A stretch of 64,000 nucleotides of DNA. It comes from Octopus bimaculoides. Lineage: Eukaryota. The position numbers were made by a program, and so were the translations under genes. Location of the stretch: contig NC_068989.1 of the NCBI RefSeq assembly GCF_001194135.2, forward strand, positions 48,533,859 to 48,597,858, written 5' to 3'. This document shows positions 24,501-39,100 of the stretch, in pieces; position 1 is the first letter of the stretch; each line of letters opens with the position of its first letter. The notes under the pieces are model-generated. The model searched no databases and was not told the DNA's origin. It worked only from the letters and a program-made list of their open reading frames with translations.

Positions 24501-27500
24501 AGTAGCAGACGAAAATAGTGGGGGTTAAGATATAGGAGTGGTGTCCATAGTTATTTATACTTAGAAGATTTTATGCTGCATGAATTAAATCCATAGGGAG
24601 TTGTCAACTGTATTCTATCTAGTTGATGCCGATAAATCAATTAATGTCAGACAATCTACCAGACCCTCATTGTACTGGAACTATATATCTAACTTTATCT
24701 ACATAAAAGGATATGTCGCAGGACCGCTAGTAAGAGAATGACTGATGGGGAAAAGGTGGTAATTAGAAGAAGGAAGGATAGGGGTGGCCAATACTTATTT
24801 ACATTATTAAAGAAAGGGGAATATAATGAAAAACAAAAGAGATACAAAATATAAGCTTTAAAGGTAGAAATTAGAATTAAGGGATACAAGAAGTAGTAAT
24901 TCATAATTTAGCAAATTCATTTTATTAAATTGAGAAAAATGTGAATTAATATGTAGAAAAAGGATAGAAATTAAACTTAAAACCTAATAATGGGATACTT
25001 TAATATATAACAAAAAAAGCTATCAAAGCATTTCCATCTTGANNNNNNNNNNNNNNNNNNNNNNNNNNNNNNNNNNNNNNNNNNNNNNNNNNNNNNNNNN
25101 NNNNNNNNNNNNNNNNNNNNNNNNNNNNNNNNNNNNNNNNNNNNNNNNNNNNNNNNNNNNNNNNNNNNNNNNNNNNNNNNNNNNNNNNNNNNNNNNNNNN
25201 NNNNNNNNNNNNNNNNNNNNNNNNNNNNNNNNNNNNNNNNNNNNNNNNNNNNNNNNNNNNNNNNNNNNNNNNNNNNNNNNNNNNNNNNNNNNNNNNNNNN
25301 NNNNNNNNNNNNNNNNNNNNNNNNNNNNNNNNNNNNNNNNNNNNNNNNNNNNNNNNNNNNNNNNNNNNNNNNNNNNNNNNNNNNNNNNNNNNNNNNNNNN
25401 NNNNNNNNNNNNNNNNNNNNNNNNNNNNNNNNNNNNNNNNNNNNNNNNNNNNNNNNNNNNNNNNNNNNNNNNNNNNNNNNNNNNNNNNNNNNNNNNNNNN
25501 NNNNNNNNNNNNNNNNNNNNNNNNNNNNNNNNNNNNNTATATATATATATATATTAGTAAGACTGACTCTGACTACGATGTTAGTGTAACCTCTGGGATC
25601 CTGTAAAGCATGAATGAAAATTTCAGATAGAAGTCTTTGAGACATTGTGTTCCCATCTCATACTTTCAACTTAGCCTGCTTCAGAACGTCTGACTGTCCA
25701 GGTCCTTTGCCAGTATTGCAGACAGCTCTGTCATTGTATGCAAGTTTAAATGAAAATTTAAAAGCAAAATGAGAGTCCTGTCACCTGCAAGTAAACTTGC
25801 AGTGATTCCAGATGAGGCTGCTGCAATACTAATGTACTTGAATGAACAAACTTTTCACCATTTCTAAGCAAAAAAAATGTTCTACCAGCTCCAACAGAAC
25901 TGGAGAGGAAGATTTTGAGTCAGGTATCATGAATTATTTGGTCCTTGCATAAGTTTCTTTCTCCCTTTTTTTGTTGATAATCTAGAACCAAGAGTGAATC
26001 ATTTTAGCAGACATGCTGTTATAGATGTCAGCTGTCAAAGCTGGCTGCCTACAGAATCTCTCAACTGAGAATTCAACACTGAACAAGATCCTTGTCAACC
26101 ATGCTCTGTACAATATTATCAATGAAGATCATTGGTTGGTTGTACATGATAGAGGTAAAGTCTAGGTGTGGATATTTTGATTCTTGCTGGGCTTCATACT
26201 GCATATCCTCTACCATGCTGTCCTGTTGATTGTATTCTGTTTCTGAGGACTGGATGAGAAACAGGCACAAAAATGATAGCAAAGAAACTCTTAATCTCAC
26301 TTAGAGATTGAGTGCAACTCTTCTAAGATACTCTTTCAGTCAGCATCTTCTATAAACTATTTCTTTTATATACGTGTGTGAGCATGCCCACACACATGTT
26401 AATACTTATATTGAATAGTAAATTTTTATGGAAGGAAATGTTTGCAAGTGAGAGAAGGAAATTATTCTGTTTATTTGACAATGAACGTCAGTGAATTCTA
26501 TAGAGAGAAAAGTGAATGCCTGAAGACTTTTCTCTTGAGATGTGGAATTCATTCATTTACTTTTTATAATGATGTGCCCCTGTTGAAAGGAAACTTACTA
26601 GAATGTCCTGTCACCATTATAAGCTGAAATATAAAGCTGGCAGTATTTTATAGCATTTTAAAAGATTCACTGTTATTTAAAGATGTTGGACTACCAGCTA
26701 TGATACTGAAATCTTCATTCTTGGTTCTTTACTTCTTTAGTTTGTATCAGCTTTCATAGTGAAGGCCATGATGGAGCACCACCTTTAATTGTGTTTTTTT
26801 TAAAAAAAAAACATACTAGCAACAACAATAGATGACATAGTCAGCTTCCATGACTTTTTAGCAGAGTCATCAAGACTGGTGAGACAGAGAGGAGAAACAA
26901 GTAATCGTAACTCATGTATTTATCCTAAAGATAAATACTGAAGCTTTGGTTCCAGTGCTTGCAACAGAATGAACTCCATAGGTTATGTAGTGGTGTTAAA
27001 ACAGGCAGTCGATTAATTCTAATGGACTTCTACACAGTTTTCATCTATCTAATTTCACTTACAAGGCTTGAATTGACTTGAGGCTATAGTGCAGGAGACT
27101 TCTTGAAGGTGCTCTGCAGTGATTGTGAAAGGAACTTCTAAAACACATTATGCCATTTAGCAATTAGAATTCTCCACTTTTTGCTAAATGCCAATCCATT
27201 ACAATTCCCAGTGCTTAAGTTGAGGTTAATATAAATCTATGTAGCTTGGTGAATGTAAGAAAAAGAAATATAAGGAGATATGAGTTCCAGAGGGATGTAG
27301 TTTTGAGAAAACAGGATTAAGTAAAGTGTATAGCATTGATAATGGAGAGTGTGACGCAACAAGGATATCAAAAGGAAGAGAAGAGATATCAGCTTGGGTT
27401 TGGGGCGTCTAGTTCGTTAGCTGATTTTTCTCATTAAGGAGATATCAAGACAAAAAAGGATCAAAGGTCCAGCCTGAGTCAGAGGCTCATAAAGCCAGTT

Positions 27501-28341
27501 TCCTGGATTTGTGGTGCATATATTCCCCCTACTCTTGGATTGAACACTGCACCATCGCAGGATCACTCATTTTTGCCAGCTGAGTGAACTGGAGCAGTGT
27601 GAAATGAAATGTTTTGCTCAAGAACACAATGCATTGCCCAGTCCAGGAATTGAAGCCACTACCTTACAATGATGAGTGAAACACTCTAACCACAAAGCCA
27701 CATGTCCAGAAACTGAACAATTATCACAGCACTTGATCTTATCAATACAAAGAGCAATTATTTTCTTACAAAATATATATCAATTGATATAGTCTGTTAT
27801 ACCATGATGAAAATTGCATATTTCATCATCAACATTGTTGTTGTTGTCACAGTTTTATGTCTGCTTTCTATGCTGGCATGGATTGGGCTCATTGTTACAG
27901 ACTAATAAGAATTATTAGAAGCTACTGCTTTCATAGACAGGTATTCAGGCATGTCATTTGGTTTTGGTTTCTACAGCTGGATACCCTCCCTTTCACCAGG
28001 ATGCCCTACACTATCATCAGAATGCTCTTCCTATTGCCAGGATGCCCTTCCTATTACTAGGATGCCCTTCCTATTGCCATACAGGATGCCCTGTAGCCAT
28101 AAGGAATTTATATCGAAAGGGCTATTGAAATTGACTACTTGTATGTTATCATGGATAAAATGTGTTAATAACCTGCTTAGGGACAGGAATGGGTGTGCTG
28201 TAAAAAAGCTTGCTTCTCAATCACATGGTTTGGGGTTCAGTCCCAGTGTGACACCTTGGGTAAGTGTCTTCCACTATACCCTCAGGTCAACCAAAGCCTT
28301 GTAAGTGGATTTGATAGATGGAAACTGAAAGAACCCTATCA

Positions 28342-28378
<37 letters not shown>

Positions 28379-30187
28379 CTTTCCCTTCTATAAATGCTCA
28401 AGAAACGATACCACCTTCAGGAAAAATATGGAGAAATACTTCATAGCAAAATTCTCACCAGAACTGAATGGCTGAAACATGAAGATCACAACCCATCTAG
28501 GATCTTCAACTTTGGAACAACAGAGCCTAAAAAAATGGCAAGAAACCCAGATAGTGGGACATTTTTGTACCAACTAGAATTGAACCCAGTTACCTAGGTT
28601 CTCATATTTCTCTCCTAACTTTTTTTGAACTAACCAGCTGTATAGATATAAACACAATTCCTTCCTTCCCTTTTACACTCCTTTCAGACACACACATGCA
28701 CGCACACATACACACACTCTCTCTACCACTGGACAATGATACCAAAAGAATACCATCTGGTTTTGCCATTTTTCTTCCTTTTTTTTTAAAAAGGCCAAGA
28801 ATAAATTTGTCACTGCACGAACTGACCAACTGTAAACTGTAAACAGAATCTTCTTCTTCCCTCCTCTTCCCACTGACACACCTTTCAAATACACAGGCAC
28901 ACACACACACGCATGCACACAGACACACACACACACCAACACAAAAGAACACACACTCTCTCTCTCACTTTTCCCTCCATTCCTCNNNNNNNNNNTCTTT
29001 TCGAAAAACAACTTCTTCAAAACGATCACACCTGCTTTTGCCATTTCTTTAAAAAGCTAAAAATAAACTTATCATTGAAAAGAACTAACCAACTATGAAC
29101 CCAATTTTCTTTTCTCTTTCCCATCGACACACACACGCACACACACAGACACACACACACACCAACACAAAAGAACACACACTCTCTCTCTCACTTTTCC
29201 CTCCATTCCTCACCCTCTCTTACTATCCTATATATCTCTCTCTCCACCCCTACACACTCAATAAACTATATAAACAGACCTCACCGCAAGGTTGACTCAA
29301 AACAATTTGAAAATCCTACACAATTAGGTGAAAAGCGCTTTATTTAATTTATAAAACATGTGACATTAATAAAAATCTGTAAATGTACAAACATCCAGAT
29401 TTCTGAGTACCTTAATTTTTTTCTATATATATATATGTTTTTATCCATATGTGCATGTGTCCTTGTATTGGTCCTCTACCACTGCAATAATCATTGTTGG
29501 CTTGACTACATTCCCATAACTTAGCAGTTTGGTAAAAGCAACCGATATAATAAGTACCAAGCTTAAAAATGAGTACTGGGGTCAATTTTTTTGGCTAAAC
29601 CCTTCAAGGTGATGCGCCAGCATGACTGCAGTCTAACAATGGAAACAAGTAAAAGATAAAAGATCTATTAACAGAGCAAGAAAATTCTGGAATGTTGTTG
29701 AGAAGTTTGCTTTACAACCTCATGGTTTCAGGGCCAGTCATACTGTATGACAGCTTGACTCCTATTATAGCCAGAGGTTGACTAATGCCATGAAAGTAAA
29801 TTTGGTAGACAAAAACCATGTGAAAGCTGGTGATATATATAGGTGTGCGCGTGTGTGTGTGTGAAGGCACATGGCTTAGTGGTTACGGCATTTGGTTCAT
29901 GATCGTAAGGTCATGAGTTCGGTTCTTGGGTGGTGCGTTGTGTCCTTGAGTAAGACACTTTTTTTCACAATACTCCAGTTCACTCAGCTGCAAAAATGAG
30001 TAGTATCTGTATTTCAAAGGGCCAGACTCGTCACATTCTGTGTCAAGCTGAATCACCCTCAGAATTATGTTAAGTATACACATGTCTGTGGAGTGTTCAG
30101 CCACTTGCATGGTTAATTTCATGAGCAGGCTGTTCTGTTGATCGGATCAACTGGAACCCTTATCATCATAAGCAACAGAGTGCCAGT

Positions 30188-30224
<37 letters not shown>

Positions 30225-33200
30225 GAGGTGCAATGGCCCAGTGGTTAGGGCTGCGGACTCGTGGTCATAGGATTGCGGTTTCGATTCCCAGACCGGGCGT
30301 TGTGAGTGTTTATTGGGCAAAAACACCTAAAGCTCCACGAGGCTCTGGCAGGGGATGGTGGCGAACCCTGTTGTACGCTTTCACCACAACTTTCTCTCAC
30401 TCTTACTTCCTGTTTCTGTTGTGCCTGTAATTCAAAGGGTCAGCCTTGTCACACTGTCATGCTGAATATCCCCAAGAACTACGTTAAGGGTACACGTGTC
30501 TGTGGAGTGCTCAGTCACTTGCACATTAATTTCACGAGCAGGCTGTTCCGTTGATCGGATCAACTGGAACCCTCGACGTCGTAAGTGACGGAGTGCCAAC
30601 AACAACATATATATATATATATAAGTGTACATGTGGTGTGTGTTTATCTCTTACTATTTGATAATCATTTTTTGTTTGTGTTCCTGTAACTTTATTTAAC
30701 AAAAAGAAATTGATGAAATAAGTATCAAACTCGAAATAAAGAGTGGGTTCAAACTGATCATTTAAGTGCTTTAAGGCAGTGCCCCAGCATGGCCACAATC
30801 CAGTGACTGAAACCGTTAAAGGAGTAAATAGCTGTTGGTGTCATCAAATCTAAAGTGACACACTTCCATTCATTTCCTAATAGTTCATATTTCTCTCTGA
30901 TATCGAGTCATTAAACAACAGTGAAATCATCAATGATTGTGTTGCTTAGCAACAGAAATATTGCTGACACTGCAACATTTTCCTTTCAACATATCTACCT
31001 AATATTTCATATTTGAAATATAATCTCTGCTCTGTAATTAAAGTTTCCAAATAAACTGAGTTAATTGGAAATTATAAAAATAACCGAAATCTCTGAAATG
31101 CTGATGCCACTGATAGATAAGGATTTAAGAATCCACTCACCTGAACCCATTCATAGGCTCCAATATGCCCATATTTGGTAGCATCCCATAATGCAAAGAT
31201 GATAGTTCGTCGTGGTCTCCAGTCTAAAACAGAAAAGAAAATATATGAACCAATATTTGGATGAAAGTTTTATGTAAAATTCTCTTTAAGTGATTTTTCT
31301 GAAGGGAAAGGTATAAGACCTAAATCTTAGGAGATGTATAGCATTATCCTTGGTGTATGAGTTAAGGGTGGGGACTGACTAGAGTGGGGGTTGATAATGA
31401 TGAGGTCAACAAGGGTTGGGTTGACAAGGGTTAGGTCGACAAGTGTGAGGATGAAAAGGGTTGCATTGTTAAGGTTGGGATTGATAAGGTGAATTAATAA
31501 GGGTAAGGTTGATAAGAGTGGAGTTGAAAAAGATAAGGTTTTGGAGAGTAGAAAGTTAACAGAAGGCAAGAAAACGTGTGTATGAAAGAGGGAGGACTTT
31601 GGTAACAGAAATGTAATTGGAGTGACATAAATTCAGAGGCAAGAATAAACAAATTGCTTTGATTTCAACTGTGATGATGACTGTTATATTTTGAGAAGCA
31701 CTTAATGCCATGGCAATGGAATAGCTAAAGAAAGCATGCAATAAATCAACTGAGATTCTTCTGATGTGCTCTAAGGTATCAAGGATTCAATGAACGAGGT
31801 TAACTTAAACTACATCATTATTGAGCATATATTGAGAATCAGCTGCTTATCTAAGGTAAAAATGCTGACAACTGATAGGTTATGAATAAAATTATATTTC
31901 TTGCAGAGATAAATGATAATCCAATTAAAAGAACAAATACTAATTATTGTGTATGTTGACCTTCAGATTTGAGTCTCACAGAAGCAATGACAAGTGACCG
32001 AGACTTCTTGAGAATTGCTGTCCTTGAGAAGATGTGTTAAGCTAAGTGGAATTGAGGTCATGGTCAGTGCTGGTGATGTGTGAAAGGCAGCCAGGCAGGT
32101 GACACTAAAAGGCACCTGTGCCAGTGACATGTAAAAAGGTCCAATGACAGTCTCATGTAAAAGACACCCAGTACACTCTGAGGTGGTTGGTGTTAGGAAG
32201 GGCATCCAACCGTAAAAATCAGGCCAAAACAGACTGGAGTCTGGTGCAGTTCTCTGGCTTACCATCTCTAGTCAAACTGTCTAACCTATGCCAATATAGA
32301 AAACAGACATTAAATAATGATGACAATGATGATAGATAGAAACCAACCCCCACCAAAGATAAAAAAAGTTAAATCTCACAGCATACAGTTTATCAGTATG
32401 CAATGCTGAGTTCAGTTATTTTCATAGGTTTTGTGTGCAACAGACCAGAATACATTCTAGAGGGAGATTTATCTTGCATCCATATACTTGTAACACTATA
32501 AAAACCAGAGATTTTGGATTCTTATGGTTGGTAATGAAAAAACAAAAAAACAAAAAAAAACAACCAATTAACTATGGTGGACAACTTATCAGAGGAACCC
32601 TCATAATGTTCACCTACCTAAGACTGCTAATCTTTGCATCTAGAATATACTTTAGTCCAAGTAAATGATAAAATTTCACAAAGCTTAACTATGACTACTC
32701 CTGACCCTGCCTACATGAGCACACAGTACATACATGTAAACACAATTTCTAGTTTATTTTCAGTAAATAGTTGTCTGTCTGATAGTTTAAGCCATAATGA
32801 TTGATTCAGCATTAATCTCCACTCCATCTCTTCTACAATACTTTTAGTTCATTTTAATGTTTTGTGTTATCAACCATCAGTCTTATACCAACTTCGCCTG
32901 ACTTTTCTCTCTCCCTCTCACATCCATCAGAAGGCATTTCAACTATACAACTATATTCTTATGGAATTCACTCCTTTTTCTCTTACTCTTACTTGTTTCA
33001 GACATTAGACTATGGTCATGCTGGGGCACTATTTTGAAGAGTTTTTAGTCAAATGAATCAACCCTAGTTCTTATTTTTGTGAAACCTGGTACTTATTCTA
33101 TAGGTTTCTTTTTACCGAACTACTAAGATGTGGGGATGTAAACACCAACACAGGTTGTCAAGCTGTGGTGGGGGACAAACATAAACACAAACACACACAT

Positions 33201-36075
33201 ATACATCTACATATATATACACACACACATGATGGGCGTCTTTCAGTTTCTGTCTACAAAGTCCATTCACAAGGCTTTGGTTGTCCTGAAGCTATAGTAG
33301 AAGACACTTGCCCAAGTTGCTACACAGCGGGACTGAACTCAGAACCGTGTGGTTGGGAAGCAAGTTTTTTACCACACAGCCACACCTTGATTACATTTTC
33401 TTATGAATTATAGACATTCAAAAGTTCAAACAAAACACACTCTGTATTTTTAACCTTAACCAACTGTCTCTATCTTAAAGAAACAAGGCCAAGAAAGACT
33501 GTGGTAACAGCAACTTAGAAAATAAAAATAAAACATTTAATATTTTTTCTATATTTCTTCAAAACATTTTGAAATACCTGCTGACATACCAGCTTCCCAT
33601 GGGATTTCAAATACTGATTTCAGATATAAGTATAAGGCCTTATATTTGAGAAGAATATGACCGATTATATTACACCCAGTACTTGAGCAGTACATTATTC
33701 AAGTACTGGAGTTGATGAATAAGAAGCCTGTATCACCCTATATAAAGAGAAAGACACAGTGGATATTGTACACTGAGATATTCATGAAAATGGTGGGATG
33801 TTCACGACTGGAATGTCACTGATCAAAAGTGTGCTCAGATACGAACAACCTGGGACTATATAACAATAGCTAGTTATTGAAATTCTCTTATTTATCTTAA
33901 ATGGCATGAAAAAAAGTGAGAAAAATGTAGGACACAGTTTCATTCCTTTCCTTGTTCAGCTAAGAATAAAAATAAATGACAACAATTGGATACAAAATTT
34001 CTTTGATATTCTGTGATGAAAGTAAAAAACAAAAGGACAAAAAAAAAAAAGCAAACAAAGAATAAAAAGCCAATACCAACCTTCTTTTTTCATAACATTG
34101 GAGAACGACTTGACCAATTCCATTAGGATGGCATAGCCACTGCCTGAGTCTACTGCCCCCTGAGTCCATGAATCAACATGAGCACCAACAATAATGTATT
34201 TATCTGCAAGAGGGTTTAAAAAAAAAAAAGAGAGAATAAATTATAAATTATTACAGTAATGTCTGAGAGAATATCTGCAGGGCATTTATGGTTTCTTTCC
34301 AAAGTTAGGATGTAGGGTTCTAGCAGGACTAAAACTGCCATAACTATAAATTTCGCTGCTAAAATCTTGAACAGACTTTCTACTCTGCTGAGTTACTGTA
34401 CAAGTTTAGTATAATGCCAAAGTGGTTGAAGCCCATCCATTTCAAGTCAATTTGTCAAACTAGAAAGATGGAGGTATTTTACAAGGAGCGTAAGAGACCG
34501 AAAGTCCTTCATCATTTTTGCTAGTTGAATGGACTGGTACAATGTGACATAGAGTGTATTCCTCAAGAACAATGCATCAACCAGTCCAGGAATTGAAACC
34601 ACAATCTCATAATCATGAGTGCAACACTCTAACCACTGAGCCATATGCCCAGAAACTGAATAATTATCACTGCTCAATCTAATCTATACAATGAACAACT
34701 ATTTTCTTACAAACTGTCAGTTAATTTAATTCGCTAGAGCATGATGTAAATTAGTGTTATGATAAGTAGTATTTTACAAGCGTTGTAAGAGACAACAATT
34801 TAAGGCCCAAAACTTTTTTCCATAATATCAGCACTTATTCATTTCTGCTGATGCTCTGCTACATTTTTCGTGGAAAGTTATAGGAGAGAATTGGATCTAA
34901 TTATCGTCCATGGAACTCTCTGTGGATATGAGTTTGGGAACTAGTACAAACTCATGAGACAGAAATCAGGTACTTTATTCTTTATTAGTGCTCTGATTCT
35001 TCCTGACTAATTCTTTATTTTTAAAATGGGGATTGGATCTTTCAAATCTGAAATCGTAAGATAGCTTATCCCATAAAGTGGATATGATGACCATATACAG
35101 AATTGTTCATTAAACCTTTAACGTTTAACTGACCATATCTGGCCCAGATGTTCTATCTGTTTTATGTTCAAACTGGCCAGATCTGACCTCTCAATTATCC
35201 AACAATGGTATTCTAAAGATAAACAATCACATCATCAAAATTCCAAATCTGTGAATAAATCTGAGAATAAATGACCATTACATTTAATGATTTAATAGTC
35301 ATTTCTTCTAAACACAAAATGAGCCTCTAAGTAGTTGTTGCTCCACTAGCTAGAAATAGAGCACATCTCTCACAAAACATTACAGCCTATCATCTTAAAC
35401 AAAACAAGACATTAGATAATGTGGCCCTAAATATATTGTCTAAAAAATTTTTAAAGAGAGATGGTCACAGTTGGAAAGCTGATTGTAAACAAGCGCAAAT
35501 AGAAGATTAGGGGTGGGGGTTAAACAACAAGAGCAACAACAACCTGAACACAAAAGAAGAAAAAATCTTAAAACAACAACAGACCTTTCTCATACTTTCC
35601 TCGGATCACCCCAATAATATTACTAATATCTCTTCTTGATCTTTGGTTGTTTACTGTTAAGTTCACAATCCTGCAATAAAACAACAAGAATGCTAAACCA
35701 GAAACAAGAAAACAGTGTTTATAAATATAAATATATTTTAAATTAAATCCAATACAAGGAAAATAGGGATGGAAACATCCAATCTTTCACTGGCTCAACT
35801 GTTTAATACCCAATTTAATAGAGAAAAACTTTACAATTCACATGGGTATATATTACATTTATAAAAATGAAACGAAAATGGAGATATGCAGCTGTCAATT
35901 CAAAAATTAAAATTTATTAACATATATCATATCATATTCTTATAATAATATAATATAATAAATAATAAACATTAAATACAAATTACATACAATTGTTTCG
36001 ATTCTTACCCATAATAAATGTGTCTGTCTGTCTATGTAGTATGTATGTATGCATCTATCTATCTGTCTGTCTGTC

Positions 36076-36117
<42 letters not shown>

Positions 36118-39100
36118 TTAATATTTCACCGGAGCATTGCAATACTAATAACCTGTTAGAGACCTAAGTGTAAGTATGCTTCTGAATGAAGTATTAGTTG
36201 AGTACAGATTGGTAATAAGAAAAAGATGACAAAGGAATAAGGTAATTGTTTATTCCTTTGTCATTTATATATGTTGGCACACTGTTGGTTATGATGACAA
36301 GGGTTCTAGTTGATCTGGTCAACAGAACAGCCTGCTTATGAATTTAATGTGCAAGTGGCTGAGCAAACCACAAACACGACATGTGTACCCTTAACATTGT
36401 TCTCAGGGAGATTCAACGTGACACAAAATGTGATAAAGCAGACCCTTTGAAATACCAGTATTACACATTTTTGCCAGCTGAGTGGACTGGAGCAACATGA
36501 AATAAAGTTTTTTGCTCAAGTGACACAACGCGCCACTGAGAATTGATCTCATGACTTTACAATCATGAGCTGAATACCCTAACTACTAAACCACATGCCT
36601 TTGGACTTGGTGGCAGCAGATCAGTTGAGGCAACTGGTGCAGGTGGAAACATACCCTCATGTTTGGCTAGAAAAACATGATACAGAGCAAACATCCACTA
36701 TGATGTTTTAAGGATAAACACCAAATTAGCAGGCAATGCAAAGTTTTGAGGACCCATTAAACATTTTGCTAATCTATTACAGTCTTATTCAGTCTCAGTT
36801 GTCTTATCTTTATTCTGCAACTGGGGATATTGTTCTTGAACAAGAGAGTGAGTCTGACATGTGCACAGCTCCACTTCACTTTAAAAAAAAAAAACTTGTG
36901 TTAGTCTGTAATATGCATATGCATGCGCGCGCGCACACACACACAGCTTAAGTTCTGAATTTACACACTTGCTCAAACAGCAGCTTAATGCAGTGTCATG
37001 AATTGTTCCATTGTCAATGATGGCATTGTAGCCTCTTATTTCATTGGCTAAAGCAGACCATGTTAATTGCCCATAAGAATGCTCATTTCTTGCAGTAAAG
37101 AAACATTTGTCATATAGGGACACAAATTTACTTGGTTTGGTATTGGAAATCTTGTAGCCGAATTTAGGTAAATTAGAGGTAATTAACATAAAAAGCTAAT
37201 TCCATACACACACACACTATATTCATACATATACACATAAATACATATATGCATTGTTTCACATCTGCTTTATTTTTCCATGCTAAGAAGAGTTAATCAG
37301 CCTATCGGCTCTACAAATATAAATATATAAACATGATATATTAAGACAGATATTATTGAAGTCAAATGGTCTGACTAGTGCTAATAAGTTCAACTGTGAT
37401 TTATAAATGGTGGCATTTATTGTTTCAATGAAGCAAACAGTACTTTGCTTTACTGCACAATATTCTGGTTGCAACATAAAATCTATGTTTTCTGAAATAT
37501 CTGAAACTCAAACCAAGAAACTAATCAATAATTCATTGAAAACTCTACAAACCTGTTGTTTCTAGGTTCTGTATAACCAGGCCCAGTACTGTAAGAGATG
37601 TTAAGTCCTCCAAGCCAATGTGCTCCCAAATTGTTGCCCGTCAGATCCCTACAGACAAAAATAAAATGAAATATTGTAATAAAATATAGGAAATCAAACA
37701 TCATATGAAACTTTCTCAAGCACTCGTCTTTCTCTCCCTCCCTCACACTACCACTGGGGTATTTTATACAGGACACACACATACATGCATTTGATGATGT
37801 GAAGAACTTATTAGTTGATCATGAAATAATTAATTTCTAAAGTCTTAATTAAATATATATATATATAAACAAGAGGAAAAGTGCCAATAATAAATGACTT
37901 TTTGTCTTCATTTGGTAAATATGTAAATGGTGAATATATAGAGATTTAATGTTACTCAGAATCTGCTAGTAAGAATATGAAGGTATGCATTATTGTTGCT
38001 ATTGGGTATTCATCTGAGGATGGTAAATATGGGTAACAGGATTTTTGTACAGGTTTTATTCAGCCCCTTCATATACTGACGTTTTAGGGCCTCTACTAGA
38101 TCTGTCTACTTTATAACATCATCAACTTTTCAACATCCACATTTTCATGCTTGCTTAGTTCAGACAGAGTCTTTGAGGCAAATTTTCTGTAGTCAGATGT
38201 TTTTCCAGTAACCAACTCTTGCCTATTTCCAAGTAAAGTAATATCAATCTAAGGACCTTCTTTCGATAAAAGACTGCAAATAAATGACACTACTTGTATG
38301 AAGGTGAATATTATTTACAACTATAATGTGATGCCAAGACAAGGATGCACAAACACACACACATTTACATTTAAATATATATATATATTGAGTTATCCCA
38401 TAAATAATGCAGTTTTTTTTAAACTTCTTTTATTTTTCAAAACTAAGATAAACAAAGTTTTTTTTTAATCTAAAATATACTCTCTTTCATTTTCTACAAT
38501 GCTCTTCCATCTCTCTGGTAGACTTGCAAGGCCCCTCTTCTAAAATTCACTTCTCTGTGATGAAAAATACTCCTCCAGTACTGTTCTGACCTCGTCTAAA
38601 GAGTTCATATTTTTTCCATCAAAATGATTTTGAAGACTGCAGAATAAATGACAATCAGATGGGGCAATGTCTGGCGAATATGGTAGGTGGGGCATCGTTT
38701 CCCATTCAAACTGCTCCAGCATTTGGAATGTCGTCCTCACTATATCTGGCCGAACAACTTTCATCTTGAAACCAAAGATGGTTGTTTTCCTTCTAGCACT
38801 GACTTGAATGACCAAATCCAGTTTCTCTGCTAGTTCCTCAACAGTTATGATGGGATTTTGTTCCACGAGGGTTTGCAGGATGTCCTTGTTGAGCTCTACA
38901 GATCTTCCAGGGTGACACTTGTTTTCTAGGCTGTACTTTCCGGCTCAGAGTTTCTGGAACCACTGTTGACACTGGCTTACACTTATTGTCCAATCTCCAT
39001 ATACTGTATTCCTTGCACTTTCCATTGTGTTGTAGAAACTCCATAAGATGTACCCAGTGTAAGCTATGGACATATAAGAGGTGCAGCAATATCAAAGGAA

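Noticed and set aside
23337-25645. Long ORFs of 170-299 aa in the track
   Set aside because: They consist of N-gap translations (poly-X).
28900-29215. Apparent tandem repeat of about 200 bp spanning a 10-N gap
   Set aside because: The exactly identical part flanks the gap and is probably artefactual; the rest is low-complexity.
30222-30300. tRNA-like sequence with A and B boxes
   Set aside because: No paired acceptor stem, and it continues into a repeat body; it is a SINE head, not a tRNA gene.
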